Position numbers and translations under genes: made by a program. DNA of 64,000 bases, from positions 682,001 through 746,000 of the forward strand of contig CDRNST010000204.1 of the NCBI GenBank assembly GCA_977016875.1, given 5' to 3'. This stretch comes from Pavona decussata. Lineage: Eukaryota. Below, in pieces: positions 1-12,800 of the stretch (the first letter of the stretch is position 1; each line of letters opens with the position of its first letter). Under the pieces are notes generated by a model. It was not told the origin of the DNA. It saw only the letters and a program-made list of their open reading frames with translations, and ran no database searches.

Positions 1-235
1 TCTCAGTAAAGCACCGATACATGTCACTTTCTCAAAGCTAAAGAAATCCGTCTCCCTCTACACTACCGGATCTCCTTACTAAACGGAAAATGTTCTGCCA
101 CCTTTAAACCTGGCTGGGAATGCCATTTTATTCTACATTATAATTATCACCTGGTATTTGTATTGATAGAAACCTTAAAATAATGGTTCTGTCAGTTGTG
201 TTAACAATAACCGTACTAGTGCACAGAAAAGAGTA

Positions 236-665
236 CAGTAATAGCCCGCGTATAAGAACCTGGGTTTTAAGAACCTGTTAGGCTAAAATTTCCATTTTAA
301 GCCCCCTCCACATAAGAACCTATTTAGGCTAAAATTTTAAGTTAGGTTCTTATCAGTGGGGTTGCTGTGAAAGTGTATAGGTAGAAACTGCTGAATTAAG
401 ATCGTCATCTATTTAAAAGTAACTTGGCATACATAAAAGTAACTAGACATACCATGTTGTATGTCTATTGTGTTTGCCATTGTACTGTATTATGAGATGA
501 TATTTATAATATATATAGTATATTCAGATCAAATTGATATGAAAATATAAGAACCTATTTTAAGAACCTTGGTAGCCTAAATTTGCTTTAAGTACCATTT
601 ATATAAGAACCTATTAAGGCTAAATTGAAAAATTTAGGTTCTTATATATATGTGGGCTATTACTG
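236..665. mobile_element. Tc1/mariner-type MITE
   Basis: TIR CAGTAATAGCCC...GGGCTATTACTG flanked by TA/TA; repeated internal TAAGAACC and AGGCTAAA motifs. Confidence 0.85.
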
Positions 666-912
666 TATTAATTATGTTTGGCTGCAGATGGCTCGGATGG
701 AAATGGATTGCAGGACAGCTCTTCCCATGTATTTTAGCTTATTTTAGAGAAATCGCTTTAAAAACCGATTATAGTTTGTTCCTCCGCGGAGGAATCCCAA
801 TGTTCTAATAGCAATTTCATGTAAGAAAACAAGTTCTTTGTCAGATTTTTGAGCCGTTTTTGGCCAAAATCGTCGTGACAGTGACGCCGGACAAACGCCT
901 AAGCTACTGTAC

Positions 913-1310
913 CTGGTGGTTGCCTCGAGCTATCATACGCCACAATACCAGTTGGTAGGCCGCTTGCGATGTAATTACTGATTAGATAATCCCCAGTGTC
1001 GGCGTCAAGTATGTGAAGAAAGCTTCTTGCAACCCAATCAGTGAAAAACAAGAAAGGAGGAATCAAGGCCACTCCAAATGGATGAAAACCGTTTATTTTT
1101 AGCAGTAACTTCCTGTTGTTTCCTTGATAATCCACGGATTCTATTCTATCCACGCCTCCATCCACCCAAAAAATGCGCTTGTTTCCTCTGTCGAGTTCGA
1201 TACCATTCGGCCAATGGAGATTTGATGTTACTATGGCAACTCTTTGATTGCCACTTAAGGTTGCTTTTTCTATTTTTGGATTAGTGCCCCAGTCAGTCCA
1301 GATCATTAAT
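913..1310 (-). CDS. Gene A exon 3: YWTD propeller 1, second half
   Basis: TGACAG acceptor, GTACAG donor; LMIWTDWGTNPKIEKA...WPNGI...HPFG...YDSSRQPP. Confidence 0.92.
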
Positions 1311-3570
1311 CTGTCAGATAATAAAGCCAAATATCAGTGATTATAGGACAATGCCCCCTTGTTCTACTGCGCATACGTCCTACTCATGTCGAGACGGTCT
1401 AAAACAAAGATATTTTGCACGGTTATGTTTATGCGGTAAAAGTAATGTTAGCAACGATTTTTTGAATACAAAATCTTACAATGGCAACCAATTTTCGCGA
1501 TTATCTGAAAATTCCTATTTTTATGTAAATTTCATATTTTCCATGATTTTCGTGTTTTTAGTTTTATTTTTATTTTGATTACTTTAGTAGTTTTCTGAAG
1601 TTTTGGGAAAATTAAAAAATCCAAGACAAATCGTACTGTAATTGCAACTCATACAATGTCACTACTTTTCGTTGCGGACCTAATCTATTCTCCAAGTCCC
1701 ATTGTGAGTCATAGCTTCATATTTGCGAAGTTTTTGAGAGGGCGTCCAATTCTTCTCGGTCGAGATAGATAAAATTTATAAGAAAAGGCCATCAAACCTC
1801 GTGGCCTGTTTAAAATTTCGTTGAAGCTTATTTTCAACTGGTTACAAAATAAAGGTGTTCATCGCCAATTGGTTATCGGTGTTCCATGGCAAGCAAATTT
1901 TAGCTCAGTCCTTTTCATGGCTTTCTGAGATTTTGGAGAAATGAAACTGAATTTTCTTGGTCCTAAGGGGCTGTTTACATGGTGGGAGGAAGATCCGAAC
2001 ACTAGGAGGGTGGATCATCCTAGCGCCATATTTTTTCTTTATTCAGTTTACATGCAAAACGTTGTATTTGTGCCTAGCGCTTAAGGATCTTCCTGGCAAT
2101 AGAATCTTCCTAACTAAGATATAAGAAGATCCTAGCACCATGTAAACTACCTTCGCTTGGCCAAGGACTAGGAACAAAAAGAACAAACATATGGTGGCAG
2201 CCGGGCGTTCAGCTGCTCAAAAAAAAAGGCAAATATTTTTTCTCTTTTCCTTCTCCACTTGGTAACCACCCCGACCGAAATTTCTGCATGTCAACTATAT
2301 GAAAAGTTGTTTCGCCTTCTAGAATTTTCCTAATGCTGGGATCTTCCTCTCTCCACATGCATGTTAACAGCCCCTGAGTTCAAGGCTTACCCTTGGTCGG
2401 GATCCAGAGCAATGTCTCTAGGTTCATCAAGCCCCAAGGAGAGCAATGTTTTTTGGTTATTGCCCGATAAGTCTGACACTGATATCTTATCGTTTGTTGT
2501 ATCAGTCCAGTATAACTGTGATGTCCTCCATTCCACTGCCAATCCATCACAGACACCAACGTTTGTGATGATAGTTGTCACGCTTGATCCATCAATAGCA
2601 GAACGTTTGATATTTTGTTCACTCACGTCACTCCAAAATATATACCCCAAACTGAAATGGACATCAATGGCGATAGCGTTTGTTAAACCAGAAACGACAG
2701 ACTGTGCTGTTGACGTTTTGTAGTCGAGGGCTACGATTTCCCTTCTGTTGGTATACAGGAGGCATGGAGGGCTGCATATGGCGGCTATAATCAGTAAACC
2801 AAAACAAGATCGAGGGACATTTGTTAATTTAAATGTAAATGTGATATTTAATAGGGCGCTTAAGCAACGACGACGGCGACGGCAACGACAACGCCGCAGA
2901 ACAATAGGTTAAATGAGCGAAAACAATCGCTCTGCACGTGCGTTTTACATTTTGGTACATTTCTCTGCCGTCCTCTGCAAAACAACAACGTGAAATGACA
3001 CATTTAAGGTTTTTTGGAGAACGTAAACGCACGACGGTGAATTTTTCATTTTCTCTCATAACTTGTACGCCACTCCTACCAATTTGGATAGTTCACCGTT
3101 TTTGTAAAAGTTGAGCGAGTTGAAATAATGGCGAAGTAGCACAAATGATAAAGATATATTTTCAGGTGACGTTTTCGTTGCCGTTGTCGTCGTTGTTGCT
3201 TAAGCTCCCTAATATCCAAATGACTGCACGTTGTACTGTTTGAATAATCAAGAAACTCAGTGTTAGAAACTCAGTTAACAAACTTATATTGCCTTGGCCT
3301 AGAACAGAGCACCTACAGAAGCACAGCTTCTCCTATAGTGGTGCCGCTTTATGGAATTCTTTGCCTCAGGATCTAAGCTAGGCAATACGACTCTCTGGGG
3401 GTTTCGAAAAGAAATTAAAGCCTTCTTTTCTTCATAGGACTCCCACACGGCAATCATGTAAGCCAGTTGATTTTTTTTAGCTGATATTAGTAATTTTTAA
3501 AACAGTTTTAAGCATGCTGGTGATTTTCCGTGAATAAATAAACAAATAGCCTGAATGTGACGCGATATTA

Positions 3571-3642
<72 letters not shown>

Positions 3643-5569
3643 TTAGTACAGTTAGTTATCTATACGGTAAAAATAACAACAACAACTGTAATAATTTGGT
3701 AGTTATTCGCAAAGTAAAACAAAAAATAAATAAATAAATAAATAAATAAACAGTTTTCTAACGTGCGCGCTCATCTTATCTCAGTTCTTCCTTATTGGTT
3801 TTGCTTCTTATCTGAAAGGCTTATTCCGGATAACAAATCTCTTTTAAGATGTTTTGGTGTTTAGTATCGCTGTCTATTTTAATTTTACTCTTAGTATTTT
3901 AAGCCCTACGTCAGGCTCACTAAACTACAGCGAAACTCTAAGAAATATACAGCTTAGTATCTACAACACATTAAAACATCCAATAAGATATAATACTGCA
4001 GACCTTATATCAAAGTGTTGCTACTAACTTCCGTCTTTATAAGAAGTTAACTGGGTGCTTAGGGTACAAAGCTTATGCCAAAATAAATAAATTCATTGTA
4101 TATTCAGTCCCCCCGGGGGGGGGGGGGGTACTCCCCTGTATGGGCTATACGGGGACGTGCCGCTGGATAGGGTATGGTTTTTGGCCTCCCTGTCCTGAAC
4201 AGGGTATATAATTTCAAGCGAGTCTGTCCTCGACCCGTCCTATACAGGGTATGGTTGCAACACTGTCGTCAAGTATTTCGCAATCCAAAATCAGAGACGT
4301 TAGTCTGTATTTATTTTAGTGAACTATGCTTCACGTCAATTGAGTTTCCACTTAAGGTTCACCGCTGTTAATGCGAAATTTTGGGATTTTTCGCCATCAC
4401 TGTTCTAGGTAGTGTATCACTTGTGTAACACAAGAGCTAGATGTTGTCCTTTTTCCTAAATAGGGTCCTAAAATAAAGGACATTGTCCTACACAGGTTAA
4501 GGTTATTTTCGTCCTAAACAGGGTCAGGGTTTCAAACCCCCAGCGGCACCCCTCAGTCCCCTTTTCATATTTCCAGATGTTTCTGGAGTTCCCGCTTGAA
4601 CAGACAGGAAAAACGTCTTACTACTCTACTGGCAGTAATTTATTATCAAATGGCTTATTATTTAGAGTATAGTAAGCGGACTCTACTAAAACAGCGATTT
4701 TTTTCTGGGATACAGAATTAAATGACGGGCCGACATTTTGCCGTATCAGATGTCATGGTTAGTTTAATTGCGTTACGATCGCTCTCAGCTTTAGCCTCCT
4801 ACGCACCTCGTCACGCACTCCTCCTGCAACTTAGCTACTGATACCATAAATCAAAGAAACTATTTGAAACGATTTGACAAGGAAACTAAAGAAAACATAT
4901 AAAGTGGCTTAATATAGAGAGAAAAGACCAAAGGGGTCATTTTTTGAATCCTTACAAAAATATGGAATGAATGCTCTAAATACGATTATTAAATGTTATT
5001 TCAGTATATCTATTCATTTTGCTGACAGATATATAAAAGCCTCGGAGTACAAAGAAAAGTTGTCAAAAGTGAATTATTTTTTTACCTAGTAAGAAAACTG
5101 AACGGTCAGTTGTTAAAATTAGCGACTTTTGTTCAATTTACAGTTTCCAACCTTAGCTTTTAAGGGAACCCTTATGTTTGGTAACCCTAGATGTAAAGCA
5201 AATTGACTGTTGAGAATCAGACGATACATTACATGCCCTGGCGTGTCGGACTAGCAACAAAATGGAACTTGTTTCCTCAAGGAAACTTAATATAGTCTAT
5301 CATGACTTAATATATTTGTTTCCATGCTACAATAACCGAGATTGACTTCATGAACTGGTCCACAACAGGAAAAATGTTCTAACATGCTATTGTAGTTACT
5401 TCATTTCATGACGTATAGATAGAAAAGGTCGATAAGTTCGTGGTATGAATCGCAGCAAAGAAATAATTCGGTTAAAGTTACCTCCAAAAATGTTTGCAGT
5501 TTTCTCTTGAATGAAGGCCAGCACAATCAGTGCGTACATCCACTTTATGAGTTTCCTGAAGTTACTCAT
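913..5569 (-). CDS. Gene A (5' part only): LRP-type YWTD beta-propeller receptor, tandem paralogue of gene B; continues past the left edge
   Basis: Three exons 5482-5569, 2391-2784, 913-1310 splice in frame (phases 1, 2, 1). They give a signal peptide plus one full YWTD propeller (IFWSD, LYWTD, MIWTD, IFWVD, FFTDW). Exon lengths 88/394/398 nt equal gene B exons 1-3. Confidence 0.9.
1967..2374. mobile_element. PIF/Harbinger-type MITE
   Basis: TIR GGGGCTGTTTACATG...CATGTTAACAGCCCC, flanks TAA/TGA, internal GATCC(T/G)AGCAC-type repeats. Confidence 0.75.
2391..2784 (-). CDS. Gene A exon 2: YWTD propeller 1, first half
   Basis: TTATAG acceptor, GTAAGC donor; [20 protein letters not shown]...IFWSDVSEQ...LYWTD...[12 protein letters not shown]. 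Confidence 0.92.
2853..3210. mobile_element. MITE with (ACG/GAC)-microsatellite-containing TIRs
   Basis: AGGGCGCTTAAGCAACGACGACGGCGACGGCAACG...CGTTGCCGTTGTCGTCGTTGTTGCTTAAGCTCCCT; a degraded copy of the interior lies at about 43945-44445. Confidence 0.85.
3265..3545 (+). mobile_element. CR1/L2-clade LINE 3' fragment
   Basis: Translates to KLILPWPRTEHLQKHSFSYSGAALWNSLPQDL*, the typical post-RT C-terminal motif, followed by a 3' UTR ending AATAAATAAA. Confidence 0.75.
3572..3641. repeat. (AAT)n microsatellite
   Basis: Directly visible. Confidence 0.98.
4109..4554. mobile_element. Non-autonomous DNA-element-like repeat
   Basis: Starts CCCCCCGGGG...GGGTACTCCC; recurring CAGGGT/TAGGGT motifs; GCCGCTGG near the start and CCAGCGGC near the end are inverted. 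Confidence 0.6.
5482..5569 (-). CDS. Gene A exon 1: signal peptide [29 protein letters not shown]
   Basis: ATG at 5569-5567, basic then hydrophobic segment, GTAACT donor; near-identical to gene B exon 1. Confidence 0.85.
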
Positions 5570-6479
5570 GTTCCTGAAAAATATCCAGATTCTTTTCAAA
5601 AAACGACTGAAAACATACTTAGTGTAAAATTTTACTGTAATGTCAGAACCGAAAAGTTGAAGTCTGTCTGCGCGTATTGATCTACATGGAAATTCTGTCA
5701 TCTAAAGAACAACCATTTATAAGAATATGGAGGCATGGACCGGTAACCTGCAAAAGCAGAGTAGAAATAAAAACACGACGGCAGTTTTTAGGTGGGCTAT
5801 TAGGTATTGAAAATAAAGAAACTGGAAGTTACGCAGGCCATTAATTATTCCTCCATGGCGTTATCCCAGGCAAGGAGACAAACAGACAGCCTTTTGCCCT
5901 TTGTTTTGTGATTAAGCTTGCTTTATAAAGGGAGAGATTGTAATGTTGTAGTGTGTGGATTAGAACAATACGAAGACTGATGAGAAGTTCGCTTCACTGA
6001 ATGACGGCGAAAGCTGTTTGAGGACAGCAAATTGTGGGTCGCCTAGTAACACTTCCGCTCTCGCGGACTGCTCAACAACCGGAACAAACTTCACCAAGGA
6101 ACTTACCGCACTGAGTTAATGATCCATCATGCGCTCACTAAACCAGGATTTTACACACGCACTCAGCTGCCGTGAGGCTGATTCAAGACTACGCAACTGA
6201 AATGCGTGTTTCGGTAGAATCGTGCCTGAGGGACTGACTGATATGGAAGTGAAGAAGGTTTGAATCATAATACCTTCGGAGCTCTTCAAACATGTTCACG
6301 CAAGCACTCAACCCCTGACCTCAATTCAGCGCTGACTCACGAAAAATACTGGATTAATGAGTCTTGCACGCATGTTTTTGGACTTGCACAATAACAGCCA
6401 AAATACAAGGGGATTATTTTACCTGTTAGGACAGGTTCAAGTGACATGAAATTCCACGAGAACCTGTGAATAGCAAACT

Positions 6480-6530
6480 AATGTTGGTGGGAGGCGGGTG
6501 ATTTCACCACTGTGCCATCCCTGCTCCCCG
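6480..6530 (-). mobile_element. tRNA-derived SINE 5' fragment
   Basis: Minus strand GGGGAGCAGGGATGGCACAGTGGTGAAATCACCCGCCTCCCACC with A-box-like TGGCACAGTGG. Confidence 0.55.
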
Positions 6531-7490
6531 AATTAGGATATGAACCATAAACTTGCTTGGAACTTTCGTTTCCTTACTAAATGTGTGTATATAAAGAACA
6601 CAGTGGATAAAACGAACCTGGTCGTGACGGCACCTGGTTGTCTTTATGATGATTTTTTAAGTCATCGTAATAATCCACGATGTTGGAACATTGAATCGTC
6701 TAGGAAGCAGCAGAAACTCAGCACTGTAATGCCTAATGGATTAATAAAACGGTGCAAACAAACTTGATGTTTACAACGAGTCAAGGCCGACAAAAACGAT
6801 AAAAGACGAAGCTAGTAAAAAATCCCTTTGTAAGCAACTTTAACCGACCTCTTCACACCGATAACTACTTATAAATTAAGATGTTTTCAATACAAATAAA
6901 TAGCACTTATCAAAAGTTAGCGTGTGTAAATATGGGGTTATGCCCCCATCGCAGCCAGCTGCTAAATGAGCCCATTTAAAAAGGGTTTGAAGTTTCGAAT
7001 TCTGACGGCACAGAACTCGGGCGAATTGTGGATACCGTAAACATGTTTTTATCTGTCGTTCGCAATTGTTCGTTAACTCGCTGTGATATTAATTGATTAA
7101 TTAATTGATTAATTAATCAATTAATTAATTCAAATATAAGACCTAAAACTCTTAGCCCATAAGAAAAAGACTCATAGCATGGCATTAGCATAAACAATAA
7201 TAAACCATCTACAACGCGAGGGTATGATCAGTGTGTACGTACGTTCTTCGACTTTAGGTTTTCTTGGATATTTTCCTATGCTGTTAACATTTTGATAATA
7301 TAGCGTCAGCGGCGTTCCAAATATGGACCCTCTTTGGCTTGGTTTTGAAGTGTAATATGGGGGTACTACTCTTTGCGTTTTATGTAAAAGGCCGGTAGCA
7401 TTTTTGGTGAAACTTGGTATGAGAAAGGATAAGAACCACCATTTCACAACTTTCTTGATTTTTCCCTCCCTCTACAAGCGTCTTTTGCCA

Positions 7491-8388
7491 AGGCTCAGCC
7501 AAACGAAAATGCAACATGTTGATGCGACTTCGTCCAACAATGTTGAATCCTCGTTTCGCCTCAATGTTGCACGATGTTGGATGTTGCTGAACAAAGTTCG
7601 ATTTCCGTCAAACATTGTCTTCAACATCCTTCTAATTCTTTTGTTCTCAGGTATGAACAAGAATGTTGCATTGGCATTGGCGCTTGGTCACCGTGTTCAA
7701 CGTTCTTCAGTGAACGCGCGCATGCCCACTAAGCTGACTTTGCGGGTATCTGTATCCATGACGACGATTTTTTGTTTATATTTGCTTCGTGCATTGCCGC
7801 GCGAGTGTTCAAGCTACAGTATGGCGAACGAACAAAGTTTTGAATCTCTCAACGACGAAAGCTTAAACACAAGCGATCTCTCCTCAATTAACTAGAAAGA
7901 GAAATGGTAATAGAGGGTAAAAGGGTAAAAGGGTAAAAGGGTAAAAGGGTAAAAGAGAAAGGATAAGTCGGTTAAACTGTAAGACCAGGAAAGGCGGGAA
8001 GATGGTCCAATGTGGAGGCCGATCGGTCTCGCGCCATATTTTGGGCAAACCGATATGGTGCGAGTTTGTTTTCTCACAAGGACTCTGGGTAGGTTTTGGT
8101 CCCAGGCCCTTGAGTCCAATTGTTGCATCAAACATGTTGCATTCGTTTATGCCCAGTAGAACATTTCACTAGGGCGTCATTCGACAACAACCAGCAGAAT
8201 CTTCAGTCAGTTTTTTGCTTTCTCATGCTATTTAGAGCTATTGTTCTTTGCTATCCACTGGGATTACAAAATTTGAATTTGAAAAGGAAAACGAAATGAA
8301 TTGTGGTCGTTGTGGTCAAACGACGCCATGAAGAGATTGGCCTATTTTGACCAATTTACGATGATGTTGCAATCGTTTGGCCGGGCCT
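7491..8388. mobile_element. Harbinger-like non-autonomous element with CAACA/TGTTG subterminal repeats
   Basis: TIR AGGCTCAGCCAAACGA...TCGTTTGGCCGGGCCT; internal (AAAAGGGT)n at about 7913-7953. Confidence 0.7.
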
Positions 8389-8493
8389 TTAGGACCAGTT
8401 CAATAATATCTTGAAGAACAAAGGCGCACCTTTCGAAATATTGGAATCCATTTAATTTCCTTACCCTGAATCAGCCTTGCTTTCCTGTATTTT

Positions 8494-8741
8494 CTGGCCC
8501 CAGTTGTTCAAAGGGCGGATAACTTTATCCAGTGGATAAGTCACTATCCAGCGGTGCAAATGTACTCCAAACAGCACTTCTGGCAAGTTTTCCACACAAT
8601 CCCATACTTAAATTAGACAAACGTTTCTACTTTATACACAAATTTTAGGGCTATAGTGAAATTCTTGAACGCATTTATTTGCCGCATAGCGACCTATCCA
8701 GTGGATAAAACTATATCCACTCTTTGAACAACCGGGGCCTG
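8494..8741. mobile_element. MITE, copy 1 of CTGGCCCCAGTTGTTCAAAG family
   Basis: Long TIRs with TATCCAGTGGATA palindromes; close copy at 61619-61865. Confidence 0.88.
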
Positions 8742-9688
8742 TCCTTACTACAATTTGTTGCTGATTACATACTTTACTACAAGATCTGACGTTTTTATTT
8801 GACGCGGTGGTTCTTACAAGCCCAGTTACTGGTTTTTCATTATTGATTGTTCATTATTACTTATTAGTAACAATTTCAGGTACGTCTACAGACACAAGAA
8901 TAAAACCTTCTTTGATTGTTCTTATTAAGATTCAGCGCGTTTCGTTGTAACGCAAACTTTACCGTCGGCTTATAAGTCTTCTACTTGAGGTAAGTCTTAT
9001 GCGGAGGTATGGTCCCCCAAAACCTTTTTCGAAACACCTTAAGTTAACCACATAAATTTGCTGTTCTAAAAAAATTGATTCATACTCGTTCTTTCTGTTT
9101 TCTAAAGAACCAACCCATCCCCCAAGCTAAAACTAATGACCTAAGTAACTATGTAAACTAAGCATTTGTTGTTTACATAATTATGATGTTACCAAAAGGA
9201 CGTAAAAGCAGCAATTTTGCGAGTGCTTTGTTGTCATAGATCAAGCAACAACGCGGACACAATTAAAAATCAATGAGGCAGTGCACATTCACTGGGAGAA
9301 ACCCTCCCTAAATCAACAATTGTTTCATGTAAATCTTAATCTTTCTTTGTAAGTAGTTGTTGTATCATACCATTGTTATTCTAATTTTCCGCTATATATT
9401 GTTCATCAATGTAATTCCATCCGTAAACTGACGATGGCACAGGAGTTGCCGAAAAATGTCTTTCCAATTTAAAAGTCTTGTTCTCTTCATTAAAATTATG
9501 ATGTATATCGAAACAAAGTTATGTAAAAGTACTCATGCATTTCATGAGCAAAGAAGCTATATTCACACATCCTTTCTATTCCGGATCAAGATGATTACTT
9601 TCCCCAGCCCTTATTTGACTCCGCTCGATCCCCGCGCTCCTCGATATTTCCCTCTCCTTATTTTTCTCCGCTCGAGCGCGAAAGAGAT

Positions 9689-9836
9689 TTATGCGGGGAA
9701 GAGAGTTCTTGCTTCAGATCTGGAGTACAGTACACTAAGACCTCCAAAGTTCATTTCCAAAATTTCAGTACTAACATAAGCTGGATTGGTAGCACCAACG
9801 AGAGAATTTTGCGAAGTCCCCGTGGTTCTTCTGCAC
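9689..9836 (-). CDS. Gene B exon 27: cytoplasmic tail with NPAY, stop TAA
   Basis: Pyrimidine tract + CCTAG acceptor, phase 2 matches exon 26; [30 protein letters not shown]...LFPA*. Confidence 0.75.
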
Positions 9837-12800
9837 CTAGGATAAAAAAGATTTATTAAAAACTGGATCATTGTTATAATGCATTTCCAGGGATTTGATT
9901 GGCTTAGCGGTTATATGAGCGATTGCACCATGGCCTAGAAAGAGCGACCATTGAGTCATCTTCCGGTTGTTCTCGAAAGCGAAATCAGCAAGACTTAGCA
10001 ACATTGCGTGGTTGCTTTTAATAAAACAGTTATTCCAATTATTGCTTGTTGGGTATGAGATGATAGATACTAGCCTCGTTGGCCATCTATCATGTCATAC
10101 CCAAGGCGCTCTTGTGGAATAATTGTTAAATACACCGCAACTAGAACTGTGCGGTAAGTTAGAAGTACGCTTGGGAACATTCCTTAAAGATTCTCATGCT
10201 TATGCATTACCGTAGGTTAATCACCAATTGTATAATTCGCCTCAAGGTCAGAAAACATTAGTGGATTTTCTCCTCGAATTCGTCTCGGGGAATATTCACC
10301 AATATTTACTTCGCCTTCGGGGAATAATTGTTAATTAGTAAAATTACTCAGATGATTATAGAGATTCCATTGATCTCATTGGTCGAAGATTGCGCCATAT
10401 CTTGCTTATACAAAAACAATTATTCAGGGTCAGGAAATATTGGTAATTTTTCTCTTGACTATATTTAACAATTATCCTGCGAAAACGCCTGATACTTAGC
10501 CCACGAGGCCGTAGGTCTCCAAGAACGTACTTATTGAAAATTGGTTGAAAAATTGAACGGTGAGTGATGGGGTCTATAAGAAGTGTGGATGGTTATGGAT
10601 TATTGGTTGTATCACTATATGAGTTTCCTACCAAACATTCTCAAACTCATTAAGAATTCATGAAGAGAAAACAAAGGAAGTCACTACCGTGAAGGAGGTT
10701 TGGAAATGCGATCTTAATTATCATAAAATTTTGTGAACTTTTGCTTCGAATTTCTCCAAGAATTATCAGTAGTTTGAGAAGCTATATCAAACACTCGAAA
10801 GCCCGGTGTTTCCTCCTATTTCCAAACACCTCGAAGTTGGTTGAAAAAAAAAAAACTCGGCTCCGCCTCGTTTTTCCAACCTACTTCTCGGTGTTTAGAA
10901 ATCGGAGACAACACTTTTCCTCGTGTTTGATCTATTACTTCACACTTACCGACAACGTTTCCATGCACACCAAATGACCACAGCCATTAAAAGAACAGCG
11001 AGAACTGCTATAACAATAATTAAAACAAGCGTCGTCGTGGACAGTCCTTGGCTTGGCTCACTTGGAAGATCTAAAGGAAAAAGGAAAAAATACACTTCCA
11101 CATGACACAGATAACTTGAGATTCTTGGAGGAAATATGTTGGTATTACACTCAAGCTTTGATATGCAGCAAAATCACAGTGGAAACCTAAGATAAAAAAG
11201 TTTCAGGAGACTGGTAATATCCGGGTGTAACGAATTAGTGCCGTGGAAGACGACCAAAATCTTCAATCTTCACTACTTGGAGCCGAGGGGCGGACAGAGA
11301 AAATCCAGAAGGAGGGGGCCGAAGAAATTGTGACGAGAGCCACAAATCAAATTATCGATTCAAAATAAAGTTGACCTTGGCAGTCCTGCCGTTGTTTTGA
11401 TCCTTGCTGTCCAGAGGTTGAAGTCCCGGATGGACAAAGAATGCAGGAGGTCTGGGCTTCTTGATCCTGGTATTGGTCTACTGCGCATGGCTGGCATCTG
11501 GTACCATTAAAGAAGTAACCAACAGGACAGTTGACTAGTTAATTGGAAAAAAAAAGAAGGATGATTAATAACATTTGAAACTGTAATCCTTTATCAGTTC
11601 TCCTTTATAGATCACACTGAGTCTCTCTTTATAACCCTTCAACCCCTAATATCAAGGAACAAATTCTCATATCTTGTCCCCATACTTTTCAGGCAGAAGT
11701 TATTAAAATATACCACGAAAGTTAACCTTGGGTGATCATAAGCTTAATTCTCATGATCTCAGGGGTTGAATAAGTATTGATATTACAAGGAGAAATTTGA
11801 TGCTGATCTCTGTAAGGGCTAATCAAGGATAGGGGAAGAATGTAAGTTCGTCCTCCGGAGTCAAGTGGATAAGAAAGGCTTGTCGTCAGCTTATTGTCTG
11901 ATATTTCTATTTTTTAAAGACTTCTTGGTTGTTGGTTAGTGGGGTTGTTTAGGCCATGAACAGCCTCGTTTTCATTCCTCAACAAACTATTCGAAGAAAC
12001 CGAACTTGTGAACGAGTGACCTCACATCTCTCGGCGACCTGAGGATGACTGGGGACAAGGCTGCTATATCGGCTGGATCGACAACAGTTTTACGGGCATG
12101 TTGGTAATAACAGTCTGCAGCAATACATTAAGCTTGGCAGCAATTAAATATTTTTATTAAATACTGCTTACCACATTTGCGCCCATTTTCCACTTGTCCC
12201 TCATCGCAGATAAGACGCATGGCGGAAACTTCTACAGGTCTTGATGTGTCTTTTACTAACACAGTTCCACTAACATTTAGAGTCATGTCCTCCTTGTTCA
12301 AAGCCGACATGATGTCATTTGATATTTGTAGAGAAGTCCGGTTGAAATCCGATTCGTTGGTGTTGTTAGGAAGTGGAACTTTTATTGTGAAAATGACAGT
12401 CAAAGGAATTTTAATACTTTGGTTTTCCTCATTTATATCTCTCCTTTTACGAGCCTCTGTTTTTTCTCCGCATTCGACCTTGACGTTCCCAATCGTACAG
12501 TCTGGGTGACCATCACAAGCTCCCGCCCTTCCAAGAGAGGTCCTCATTAAAAGCTCAATGAAGTTACCAGCGATCTGTTTGTTTACTTCTTCTGTGCCGC
12601 AGTTGCCAGTTAGGTAGTGATACTTCCCATTCAGTAAAATTCCTTTTGGTTTGTGTGTTTCTATAAAGAAAAGAGAGCGTTTTCTGAACTGAAACTGTTG
12701 GGAAAAAAAAAGTCATCTCATCTGTTTTTTTTTTTTTTTTTTTGCTAAACAAAAGAATTGTATAGACACAGGAAAGGAAAAGGAAAAAAAAGTAAATGAA

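Noticed and set aside
2361-2723. Antisense ORFs mirroring exons (also 12177-12509, 26293-26583, 32067-32408, 48931-49206)
   Set aside because: Shadow ORFs opposite real coding exons with no domain signature
913-5569. Gene A as an uncollapsed allele of gene B
   Set aside because: The introns are unalignable, carry different insertions, and the exons have many substitutions, consistent with a true paralogue
7404-7895. 163-aa ORF
   Set aside because: Overlaps a non-autonomous element with CAACA/TGTTG repeats; no recognisable domain or splice context
9620-9725. Extreme C-terminus of gene B donated by a transposon
   Set aside because: The GC-rich patch looks repeat-like, but I found no convincing TIR, TSD or second copy in the window
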